This document shows, in pieces, positions 10,406-20,463 of a DNA stretch of 32,000 nucleotides. The stretch spans positions 90,001 to 122,000 of the forward strand of contig NW_008806275.1 of NCBI RefSeq assembly GCF_000400465.1, read 5' to 3'. A model generated the notes under the pieces. The model worked only from the letters and a program-made list of their open reading frames with translations. It made no database searches and was not told where the DNA came from. Every line of letters begins with the position of its first letter. Position 1 is the first letter of the stretch. The DNA comes from Wallemia ichthyophaga EXF-994. Taxonomy: Eukaryota; Fungi; Basidiomycota. The position numbers and the translations under genes are program-made.

Positions 10406-10512
10406 AGTATTTAATATCAATTCATTCTCATATTCACATTCACACTTAAGACATGAAAAGAAATGAAAGTTTTATAGGGATGAAATTTTTATCTACTTTG
10501 ATTCACTTAAAC

Positions 10513-11479
10513 TCACTTTGGTGGGTTGTACACAAGCTTTCTTGTCTTGATAGGAGACCATTTGAGTCTCTTGACGTAGAGTGAGATGGCAGTCATGGCT
10601 GAGAGAATGATGACAGCTTGGAAGCCCATCTTCTTCCTATCGTCGTGTTCCGGCTCGCTAGCCCAGCTGAGGAAGGTGGCGACATCTTTAGCCATTTGTG
10701 TGGTAGTGCTAGGAGTGCCATCGTCGTATTCAACGAGACCATCAAACAAGACTCTACCCATAGCAATGCTACCACCAGGGAAGTAAGGGTTGAAGTTCAT
10801 ACCATCAGCCACAGCAATACCAGCAGGTGGATCCTGGTAACCAGTGAGAAGGGCCATAATGTAATCAGCACCACCGTGTCTGGCTTTAACAATGAGAGAG
10901 AGGTCAGGTGGGAGAGCACCACCATTAGCCGCTCTAGAAGCCTCCTCGTTTGGATATGGAGGTGGCATGTAATCAGCAAGTTTGCCCGGTCTCTGGAAAG
11001 GCTCGCCCTGGTCATTAGGACCGTCGGTATACTCCTGCTCCTCTGCCATAGCTCTGGCTTCATCTGAGGTGTGCGATACAGCGACGAGGTTTCTCCAGGC
11101 TATTCTGTCAAGAGAGTGGCAGGAAGCGCAGACTTCACGATAAACCTGGTAGCCTCGTCTAATGGCGTTGTGGTCGAAGCTATCCAACCAGCCGTTGTGG
11201 TTCCAAGGGAAGGCGGGTGCGTGGAGACCTTCCTCTAAACCACTAGCGAAGACTTGATCAATGAGACCGTACTGGTACGAGTAAACAGCAGCTGTGATAC
11301 CTGAGATTGAGGCTGCGATGGTTGCTGCTTTGTTTGAAGGATTCGCAGTATTCGATGATGCTGTTGATGCGTTGCGGGTCTGGAATGGCGTGTGAGAGGT
11401 GGCGAGAGGGACGCACAATCTGTGAACCCACAAACGCTTTCAAGGGTCCTTTCGCCGCTCTGTTAAATATCCCCAGCAT
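10513..11479 (-). CDS. CYT1: Cytochrome c1 of complex III, 2 exons, ~304 aa
   Basis: Exons 11479-11432 and 11379-10513. Heme motif CASCH, RRGYQVY, NGGALPPDLS, FNPYFPGGSIAM, C-terminal TM and KWSPIK. Bipartite presequence. Confidence 0.97.
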
Positions 11480-11616
11480 TTTTCTTCTTAGGCTGTGATG
11501 ACCGTCGGTTTACAACGTTGGATTGTCGTGTTGGGATGAGCCAAAAATTGAGAATGTATGGGTTTGTAGAGTGTATTCAGATTATATTGGGCTAAACAAT
11601 AATTATTTATTTTTAC

Positions 11617-11636
11617 ATTCTGATCGATTTGATTGG
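11617..11636 (-). promoter_or_regulatory. CCAAT box with a bipartite CBC:HapX-type motif upstream of CYT1
   Basis: The minus strand reads CCAAT-caaatcgatcag-AAT, which equals CSAAT-N12-RWT. It lies 138-157 nt upstream of the CYT1 ATG. A second CCAAT is at 11586-11590. Confidence 0.55.
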
Positions 11637-11913
11637 CTGAAATCGTTTGTGATTTTTATTCGTTCAGACTGTTTGAGAGATGGTTAGAATATTCTGCAGT
11701 ACAAGCAGATACAATAACTTATAACGTAGATGTCGGTGGATTTTGGTCTGTACCTGATAAATTTTAGCCTAGGTGGTCAGACTGTGAGGTGGATTTTGGG
11801 ATCTGCATGAGTAGAGTTGAATCAATCAAATTATCTGTTTTTTGTTTATTTATCTTAATTATTTCCTTCATCTCCATCGTCCATCATCACATCCGATATA
11901 CCCACAGATACCA

Positions 11914-13329
11914 ATGAACGCAATAAACGCAATAAGCGCGCTAATTGCTTTTGTTATTCTTCCACTGGCATTTCCATTCAGCTTCAACGTTACAAAAGTC
12001 GTCGAGTGCGGGTCATTCCAAATAAACTGGTCCGGCGCGGAACCACCAGTACGCTTTCTGGCAATTCCCAATGGAAGTCCACCCGATCAAGAAGAATCAG
12101 CCCACGTTATCGTGGCCCATGAAGTTGATGGTAATGTCGACGGCACCTACACTTACCCCAACTGGCCCATGGCTGCCGGCGTAAATTTCACGGTAACCAT
12201 GAGCGATGCACAGGGTTTCGGGACTGGTGGTACAAGCGACATTATAACCACAGATCAAGGCGTTGGCCCGTATTGCGAACAATCCGGTTATCTGCCATAC
12301 ACCTTCTCTATCGATCCGTCGACCAACTGGACTACTTGTGAAACTATAACTCTGCGCACCCTCCACAAGAATTCTTCCACACCATACGATTACTACGCTC
12401 TTTCCCCCAATACTACCCCCATTCGTATACAGCACATCACGCAAGACGATTCCGGCACCTTTAATTACACTTTCACCCAGCCCCCGGGTACCAAGGTCGT
12501 TTTTTTTACAGGCAGTGAACAAGGCGGTCTGCAGTACAATACTGGGGGCAGCTCCTCGATACAGACCATCGGCGAGGGCAGTGACACGGGGTGCGTCGAG
12601 CAGCTCCAGCCAAGTCCCACCGACACTTCCAACCCAGAGAGCACAAGCGGAAATGGGAGTGGGACTGATGGTGGTGACAACGGTACCGACAACACCCATA
12701 ATGATAAGGACAGTAACGGACTCAGTGCCGGTGCAAAAGCTGGTGTGGCAGTAGGAAGCATTATAGGCGCAGGTGCTCTCATAGCGGCCATAGTAGCATT
12801 CATGCTTCTCAAGAAGCGCAACCGGGAGGAGCAGCACGAGCATGCGCAGAAGGTAACTCACGGTCACAATTACAATGAGGATCTCGATGATGGATTAGAG
12901 GGGTCATATACACCATATCTCATGACAGGTGTGGGTGCTGGAGTGGGTGCTGGTACAGACAGTCAGGGTGCTGGTCACTCGCATAGACAATCTGATAGCA
13001 GGTATTCATTTATACCCACTGAAGCACCACATATGGCTGCCTCAGATAGTGGCTATAGCTTTGGCGGTGCTCCTCCTTCGCCTTCTAGCGGCGCTCTACT
13101 ACTCAACGGCTCTCCTGCTCTCTCTCCTGCTCCTGCTTTTGGTCTCTCTCAGGATAGCAAAAGCAAGCTCGTCGCTAGCTCGACTCAGCAGAAAGATCCC
13201 CCGCGCTATCACTTCGACGCTGGCCCATACGTCGTCAATCATAATCACACGGACGATAGCGACGATGACGCCCTGGTGGATGTGCCCCCAGCATACGACT
13301 TTAGCCCCGATTTTCGCCGCAATGGATGA
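11914..13329 (+). CDS. Single-pass type I membrane protein of unknown function, ~471 aa
   Basis: Signal peptide MNAINAISALIAFVILPLAF. Two tandem ~110-aa beta-rich ectodomain units, each ending TGG[TS]S...C. S/T/G/N stalk, TM AGVAVGSIIGAGALIAAIVAFMLL followed by KKR, and a cytoplasmic tail ending DVPPAYDF. Confidence 0.8.
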   Translation: MNAINAISALIAFVILPLAFPFSFNVTKVVECGSFQINWSGAEPPVRFLAIPNGSPPDQEESAHVIVAHEVDGNVDGTYTYPNWPMAAGVNFTVTMSDAQGFGTGGTSDIITTDQGVGPYCEQSGYLPYTFSIDPSTNWTTCETITLRTLHKNSSTPYDYYALSPNTTPIRIQHITQDDSGTFNYTFTQPPGTKVVFFTGSEQGGLQYNTGGSSSIQTIGEGSDTGCVEQLQPSPTDTSNPESTSGNGSGTDGGDNGTDNTHNDKDSNGLSAGAKAGVAVGSIIGAGALIAAIVAFMLLKKRNREEQHEHAQKVTHGHNYNEDLDDGLEGSYTPYLMTGVGAGVGAGTDSQGAGHSHRQSDSRYSFIPTEAPHMAASDSGYSFGGAPPSPSSGALLLNGSPALSPAPAFGLSQDSKSKLVASSTQQKDPPRYHFDAGPYVVNHNHTDDSDDDALVDVPPAYDFSPDFRRNG

Positions 13330-13652
13330 GTGGAGATGGAGATGTAAAGGAAGAATAACTTGGAAAAGGTGAAGATTTTCCTATAAACGCTTTGCATCGC
13401 TATGCAATTCAAAGCATGATGCACATCATACAACACAACAACACGCTTAATAGATCTCTTATTACAACTCTTTAATGTTTCAAATGAATTCAAAGCACGT
13501 AGAGCACGTAACAGTGGGAATAACACAGACAATAATGCATACTATGATTACTGATGAGCGTGGTGAGGGTGCTGGATGTGCTGGTGTGATGAAAAAATTC
13601 CCAAGACGTGGACCTCTGTTTGTCACGTTGACCCCAACCATCGTCATCGGAC

Positions 13653-14819
13653 ATGGCGACAGCAATTGACCAAGTACGCGAGAGTGCACAGCGAGTAGTG
13701 GAAAGCGGTGCGATAAAAGTGTGTACATATTGTTATACGCGTGGCTCCTCCTCAGACTCACAGATTTCAGACGAAGCAATATCGACGCTGCTGACGGCAA
13801 TAAATCCTAGCACGTTTACCAAGCTTTCAAATAACCACGGCTACAATCTACCACTCAAGTACTCATCTATTGAGGAAGAATTGTGTATCGTTGGTCTGCT
13901 CACCGCCCTCAATTATGGCAGTGGATATCGATCAATTCTGCACAAACACACTAAAATGGGTGCATTTGATAATATTAAAAGGTTTATTCTCGCTCTCTTC
14001 CTCTCGAAAGACAGCGGTTTCCTCACTGCCGATGGCCTGGCAAACTTCACGCTTGACCACACAATTGAGCTGATGAATATAAATCCATTCAACGAGCACC
14101 CGCATCCTACACTCCCAGGTGTCGTAGTAGGCGAGAAGGATGAAATGGCGTTCGAGTTTATAACGCTGGTAATGAGCACACTTAACGAGATAGGCAGCAC
14201 CCTCCAACAGCTAGGTGTTGATTGTTTCGGCAGCTATCTCAAACATACCTTCTCCAAAGCGAACGATGCCAACGATGTAGTCATGGAGCTCGTCACTCGT
14301 TTCGACTGCTTCCGGGATGAATATGTTGTTAGTATCGACGATAAGCCCATCACCGTGAAGCTGTACAAAAAGGCCTTGCTTATGGTAGAGGTAGTTAATA
14401 CAGTACTCAAGAAACACTCGCTCACTCCCGCAACCGCCAAATTGCCCATTTTCGCTGATAACGTTATACCCTCAATGCTGCTGCATTGGAATGTGATTGA
14501 GATTCCCGAAAATAGCGAGATATTTGGTGCAGAAGTTAGACACGCTTTCAGTCACACAACTGAGAAATACGAGGAGATGGTCGATGGATTGCGCGAAGAG
14601 CAGAAGAAAGATTTACTTGGCGAGAAAGTTGCTGGTCCTGCTCTAACCCCCCTTCAAGCGTGCATTCTGCGTTCATCCGCCGTAGAAGCTATAAGAAGAA
14701 TGTCTGTGCGTAGTACGGCCACTGAGGTCGAATATGACGGCTTTATTTGGTCTGTCAGTAAGCAAGGCCAATATAGGTCTTTAGTCCGTTTCTCAGAAAT
14801 ACGAACAGTGTATTATTAG
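13653..14819 (+). CDS. Queuosine salvage family protein (Qng1/C9orf64/DUF2419-like), divergent; ~373 aa
   Basis: Intron 13719-13763. Motifs ALNYGSGYR, LVTRFDCFRDE, LYKKALL, LPIFADNVIPSMLLHWNVI (compare FADYxxPQxL), CILRSSAVEA, EYDGFIW. Family assignment is from motif recall. Confidence 0.7.
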   Translation: MATAIDQVRESAQRVVESGAIKVCTYCYTRGSSSDSQISDEAISTLLTAINPSTFTKLSNNHGYNLPLKYSSIEEELCIVGLLTALNYGSGYRSILHKHTKMGAFDNIKRFILALFLSKDSGFLTADGLANFTLDHTIELMNINPFNEHPHPTLPGVVVGEKDEMAFEFITLVMSTLNEIGSTLQQLGVDCFGSYLKHTFSKANDANDVVMELVTRFDCFRDEYVVSIDDKPITVKLYKKALLMVEVVNTVLKKHSLTPATAKLPIFADNVIPSMLLHWNVIEIPENSEIFGAEVRHAFSHTTEKYEEMVDGLREEQKKDLLGEKVAGPALTPLQACILRSSAVEAIRRMSVRSTATEVEYDGFIWSVSKQGQYRSLVRFSEIRTVYY

Positions 14820-14937
14820 ACTTTTTATTATATTATAATTATAATCATATTACAAGAAATCCAGAGTGATCAATCGCGTGAATAATCATCGCATTGGTAT
14901 GTTCTATTATGTACTTGTCGTTAATGTAACTGTATAA

Positions 14938-15386
14938 TCAGGGCGACACTGACTGCGATTTTTCATAGTTACGCAATGCCTGTCGCTTATTCTGATACCA
15001 GATCCTGACACTGTTCGGCGACATGCCGAGCTCGATAGCCAGACACTGTCTCTCTTCGTTAGAGGGAAATGGGTTCATATCGTAACACTGCTGCAGTCGT
15101 TCAAGCTGGGAGGGGTTTGCTCTTTTTCGCTTCGCTTTGATGGGCTGATTGGGTGTGGTTGGTGTGGTTGGTGTGTTGGGTGATGCAGGTGTGCAGCTCG
15201 CGTAGGCGTATGCAGATGCAGATGCAGATAAAGATGCATTGCTACTACCACTGCTGTCTTCGCGCGCTGCAGATGCGTTAGTTGCTCTGCTACACCTACT
15301 CAACTTGACCCAAACTCACAATGCGAGTTGAATGGCTTGGGTAGCTTGATGACGTTGTTGTCTGGTCTGCTGAACGGAAGTCTCAT
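14938..15386 (-). CDS. Small homeodomain transcription factor, 2 exons, 131 aa
   Basis: Exon 1 is 15386-15320 (MRLPFSRPDNN...). Intron 15319-15267 (GTGAGT...CTAAC...TGCAG). Exon 2 is 15266-14938. Homeodomain: KRKRANPSQLERLQQCYDMNPFPSNEERQCLAIELGMSPNSVRIWYQNKRQ. Confidence 0.88.
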
Positions 15387-15965
15387 CGATGCGTTCGAGA
15401 TTGTATTTGTGTTTGCGTGTGCTTATGCGTATGCTGTCTTGAATATGTCTGACTTTGTTTTAGCTTACTCTGACTCCTGCCGTTCTTTAGTCGTCTACTG
15501 CCTTCTACTTTTTGTCCTGAATCGGCTGGGTGGTGCGAGGTATGCCAAGTTGCAAGTAATTTAAGCGAAAAGTGTGCGCAACGGACGCAGACGCAGATGG
15601 AAGATAAGTACCATGCGTCAAGGATGACCCTATTCGTCAATATTTCATGAATAAAGGGGTCTAGGAACACCCGCGTTGTAACGCTTCCGCTTTTGGAGGC
15701 ACCCCATTATTTTCTTGCGTCTGTTGGCCTCGTGATGAGTTTGATGGGTTGTTACCAGCTCGGAGAATGCACTAGTAGTTTTTTAAACCTTGCGCAATCA
15801 CTAATTACCCTCTACTTCCCCTTTAAACATTCCTAAGCCGACCGGTACCTATTGAATATGGCGTCATACATCATACTTCCGCGATCCGATCACTCGTCTG
15901 CGCCAACTTTATTTGGCCATTAGTGCATTCTCGGTGCGTCTGTGTCTCCATCTCCACGAATTCGG

Positions 15966-15986
15966 TTATCCGCTTATCCGCTTATC
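15966..15986 (-). repeat. Three GATAA pentamers at 8-nt spacing (TTATCCGC tandem repeat)
   Basis: TTATC at 15966, 15974 and 15982. Confidence 0.6.
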
Positions 15987-16245
15987 AGTTAATTAAATAG
16001 TTGAGAAATATGCCCATTGATTGAGCTATTCTCGTGCACACAAGGTACAACCGTCATTGGACATTCGCTCTCATACGCTTATTAATATACAACATATAGT
16101 TCGGCTGAGGCTTTAAAATCAAATCACCCACGCTGTTGCCCGTACTTGTAGTCTAGACGTGTGATTAGTGTGATTAGTGTGATGTTAGCAGGGAATTGGC
16201 ATATTTAGGGGAAAGGAGATTATTGAGGGGTAAATTACCCGTTGA

Positions 16246-16771
16246 TTACCAAAAGCTCCTCAATGATTTCTGTGTCATTGTAGACTCTATCTGCTCTGCA
16301 TGCTTCAGCGTATCGGATCAGCTATATCTAACACCCACACTAGCACTCACGCTCGATGGTCGATTGGGAGGGATGCGCGGTGAGTGTGCAAGAACACAGA
16401 CGAGTCTCCCAGCGCATATAGCAATGTCTATATATACTCGCATCCAGTGTGTTTCTTCTCTTCCGCCTCTTATAACACTCCGCCTCCTCAGATATTCTCT
16501 GGAGTGCGGTGATGATCAGGAACTGTGAGCCTGGTATACGTCCGCGCATCAACTTCTCGTCACTGTTATCCTTGTCGTCGAGATTGAGCATCGCAAGTAC
16601 GGCTGGTGAACTGTTTCTGATGTTGTACACCGGCGGCGGATTGTATGTACTACTGAAATAACCTCGTAGTACGGTTATATTCATCTTCCCTTTCAACCTC
16701 CGATACTTCTCGCTTAACTGCTTTATCCTAAAACGATACGCCATCCGTGTGTCTTCACTCATCCAACCCAT
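16246..16771 (-). CDS. Orphan protein, ~156 aa, with a predicted C-terminal PIP-box; 5' end uncertain
   Basis: ORF from the ATG at 16771. Strong donor GTGAGT at 16350, branch-like GCTGAT, acceptor TGCAG at 16296 (55-nt intron). Terminal exon gives QQIESTMTQKSLRSFW-stop. No family recognised. Confidence 0.45.
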
Positions 16772-17130
16772 CCCTTTTCCTTTGCTTTTGATAACAGCTT
16801 GTCACTAGAAGCTACCTTCACCGATTTTATACCCGCTCATCCCCCTTTAGAAAATTACATCAAAATCTATACGCCACTTTCCCTCTTCATCAATAAAGCC
16901 GTCAATTTCCTAATCCATCCGACATTAAACACACTCTGAGACAATCTAAATATATATATTTAAGAGATAACAGATACATAGAATTTTGTCATGATAGCGG
17001 TCAAAAGGATTCTCAAGTTGTTTGGGAGGGTGCTTCGTTCATCTGTATGCAGTTGCGTTAAGTGTTTTTAATATTTTCATCTTTCTATCTTCTCATCTTT
17101 TCACTATCCGATGATCCCTTTACTAGCACT

Positions 17131-18473
17131 CTACTGAGCTCTCTCTATCAGCTTGTTGAATTCTGGCGATTGACCTGGTTCGCCTGCTTCAATTGAGGCG
17201 TGATACACACGTAGTATATTGTCGACGTCATCCATAGACATCTGCGACTTGACATCAGCCAGCTGCTTGATCTTTTGTGTGGCATCTTTGACTTGCTCGT
17301 CTGATAATGGAAGGTTTAGTTGATCGACACGCGACTTGACAGCGTTCCATCCGGTCAATCTGTGTCCAATCGACACATACCTCGTCATACCGAAATCTTC
17401 AGGCTTGAGGATTTCATAAGTGGTTGGGTTGTTGAGAATTGCCTTTGCGTGAATACCAGCTTTGTGGGTGAAGGCTGAGAAACCGGTGATGTAGTTGTTG
17501 AATGGAATGTTAACCTCGACTTCCTTTGCTACCAAATTCTCAATTTCACGCAAGGCTGGGAGGTTGTATTTTGCCTTGACGTACTCAGGGTCAGAAGCAT
17601 ACATTCTAGCCATCAGACCACCGAGCGGAGTGATACCGTTACGCTCACCAATACCGAGAACGGAAGTGTCAATGTGAGTTGCACCTGCTTCCAAAGCAGC
17701 ATATGCGTTGGCAATAGCGCAACCGGTGTCATTGTGGAAGTGAGTCTCGATATCGCAGCTGACGACACCTCTCAAAGTTCTCACCAAGTCGTAAACTTGA
17801 CGTGGGGAAGCGCAACCGACAGTATCAGCAACACCAACTCTGTTAACACCGATTCTGTCAACAGTTCTGTAAATGGACAAGAGGTCAACAATGTCCGATC
17901 TGAACGAATCTTCGGATGAGAATCTAATCTCAATGCCCTTTGACTTTACGAACTCGATAACCTCAATGGCAGATTTAGTGATGTATGACATGTCCTTTCC
18001 GTGAGAGAATTCCCTTAAAAAGGATGAAGTACCAATGACAACATCGACACCATCAACACCCGTTTCAACGGCGACTCTAGCGTCATCCATGTGACATCTT
18101 ATGTGAGTCAGGATTTTGCATTTCAATCCCAGGTTGCAGATAGCCTCACAATCCTTTCTGGATTGCTCGGAAGCCGTTGGAGAGGTGAGCTCGATGTAGT
18201 CGACACCGAACGCATCCAAAGCCTTGGCGATCTTAATCTTAGTTTCAGTGTCGAAGAAGGCATTTGCAAATTGTTCACCCTCTAAAAACCAGCCAATCAG
18301 AATGAAGAAGATAATTTATCAGCGATCAACTCACCTCTTAAAGTGGATTCAATGATCTGGAAGTTGGAAACGTTACTTAAGAAGCTGTCTACGCCTGCGT
18401 AAGGGTTGTTGACGTTCTTCTTTGTCAAGTTGGTTTGGTTCTCCACGGCTTGAAATTCTGATTTATCGGTCAT
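17131..18473 (-). CDS. LYS20: Homocitrate synthase (alpha-aminoadipate lysine pathway), 2 exons, ~429 aa
   Basis: Exons 18473-18335 and 18281-17131. Motifs [66 protein letters not shown]. Confidence 0.97.
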
Positions 18474-18611
18474 GATGATTGCGGCTTTCCAAGAAGCCAG
18501 AAGTCCAAAATTTTTCTTTTGTTTCTAAATTTGTGACTCAGCCTATGTACAAGGCGCTGATTGTGCTTTTCACGTATACAAGCTTCCCGCAACCGTCTTC
18601 CTCGTTGCGTT

Positions 18612-20413
18612 ATGGCAATCACCGCACGAGAACTGCTACCGCACAATACATTCAAAGGATTCAAGAGACTGCTTGTACCCTTTGGATATAACTACAAGGA
18701 AACCACTGGGCAATCGGATGCACTCGATTCAGCCACCAAGCACCCTTACAACGTCATCAAAACTTCAAAACTCGCACACAGCCAGCATCTACCCAGCTTC
18801 GATTTAGATTATGATTTGCTATCCGGCAACAAAATCATCAAGAACGAAAACTTCCACCCTTACTCTCTCGCATACGCTGGGTGAGTTGGTGTTTACTCAT
18901 CTGACGTCATAGCTCACTTTGGACTAGCCACCAATTTGGGTTCTTCGCCGGACAGCTTGGTGATGGCCGGGCGATTACCGTACTCGATACTGTCGACAAG
19001 TACGGTCCTGTACAGCTACAGCTCAAAGGCGCTGGCTTGACCCCTTTTTCTCGATTCGGGGATGGTTATGCCGTGCTGCGCTCATCCGTGCGCGAATTCC
19101 TCGCTTCTGAGTACATGGCTGTTTTGGACATACCCACGACTAGAGCACTCTCGCTGATTTCACTCCCTCAGCTCGAAGTACAGAGGGAGACTGTGGAGAC
19201 GGGTGCGATTGTATCCCGCTTAGCTCCATCGTGGCTGAGAATTGGCTCCTTTCAGCTCCTTAACCCCCCTCAATCCTCATACTTTGGTCTGAAACGCGAC
19301 TGGGAAATCATGTCTCACCTCACTCATCACGTCGAAAATGATCTCTTTGGGAATAAGTTGGATTTCAAAGGCGTGATACTTGAAGTGGCAATGAGGAATG
19401 CTGTAACAGTCGCTAAATGGCAAGCAGTCGGTTTCTGTCACGGTGTTCTCAACTCTGATAACATATCATTGCTCGGACTGACACTTGACTACGGTCCATA
19501 TGCGTTCATGGATATATACAACTCAGCACATATCTGTAATCACACGGACCAGGCTGGCTTCTACAGTTTCAAGATGCAGCCAAGTCGCGTGCTCTGGGAT
19601 GTGCAGCAGCTCCTCAACAGCACTGCTGAGGTCGTCGGTGCGGAAGAGGAGGGTGTAGCGATAACTCCTACGTTTGCATTAGACAGTGAGGGCAAAGAGA
19701 GTTTCGACAATCTGTTCAGATGGCGCAAGAAGGGTCTTGAATTGAGTGACGAGATCGACGACGTGTTCAAAGAGACATTCCAAAGTGCATACTTACACGA
19801 AATGGGACTCAAGTTGGGTATCAAGGATCTGACCCACGCTGAACATCTAGATCTTGTCAACGTTTTCCTCACCATGATGCAGGACCAAGAGGTTGATTAT
19901 AGCGCTACATTCCGCGCGCTTTCTAGCAGCGCCGATGAAAATGTTGTGGCTGATAGGATTCTTGCTTTCAAGCCCGTTACATCCTTCCTGCAAGACAGCG
20001 CAAAGGATACTTGGTTAGGCTGGCTCAAAACATATTTCCAGAGGGTTGAGACAGATATTGAGAATGGTAAGTGGGGTGACAAGGAACACGCTCACGAGGC
20101 GCGCCTGCATAGTATGCGCTCTCATAACCCACGGTTCGTGCTTAGACAGTGGGTGCTAGAAGAGTCTATTGCCAAGTTACAAGCTGGCGACCAAAGTACT
20201 TTCGACAGAGTATTCGAGGTGAGTGTTTGTGCACACCAAATAACTCCAAATTTCACTCACACACGCAATACACAGATGTCACTGAAACCATTCGAAGCTT
20301 TCAGTGAAAACACGCGCGATGAACAGCTAACTGAGGAGCAGCTCGATGAGAAGCGTCTGTGTGGATTGGGTGACGAGTCTCTCCTAGGCTATCAATGCAG
20401 CTGTAGTTCTTAA
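18612..20413 (+). CDS. FMP40: Protein adenylyltransferase SelO (Fmp40/UPF0061), 3 exons, ~565 aa; start codon uncertain
   Basis: Exons 18612-18880, 18928-20218, 20276-20413. Motifs YAGHQFG..AGQLGDGRA, QLKGAG.TPFSRFGDGYAVLRSSVREFL, GFCHGVLNSDNIS, LDYGPYAF, NPRFVLRQW; C-terminus QCSCSS. Confidence 0.92.
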
Positions 20414-20463
20414 TTTACTTTATGATAAGATATTGTACAATTATAATCATCTAATGCCATGAA

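Noticed and set aside
12097-12867. 256-aa minus-strand ORF
   Set aside because: Antisense shadow of the membrane protein gene.
15383-15670. 95-aa ORF whose stop overlaps the homeobox ATG (ATGA)
   Set aside because: Starts with GTG, has no in-frame ATG, and its composition looks like CA-rich UTR.
14938-16771. Homeodomain gene next to an HMG-like ORF as a mating-type locus
   Set aside because: Single small homeodomain with no HD1/HD2 pair, no pheromone or STE3 genes, housekeeping neighbours, and only a partial HMG resemblance.
18479-18691. 70-aa ORF as the first SelO exon
   Set aside because: Different frame from the SelO motifs, with no plausible intron to join them.
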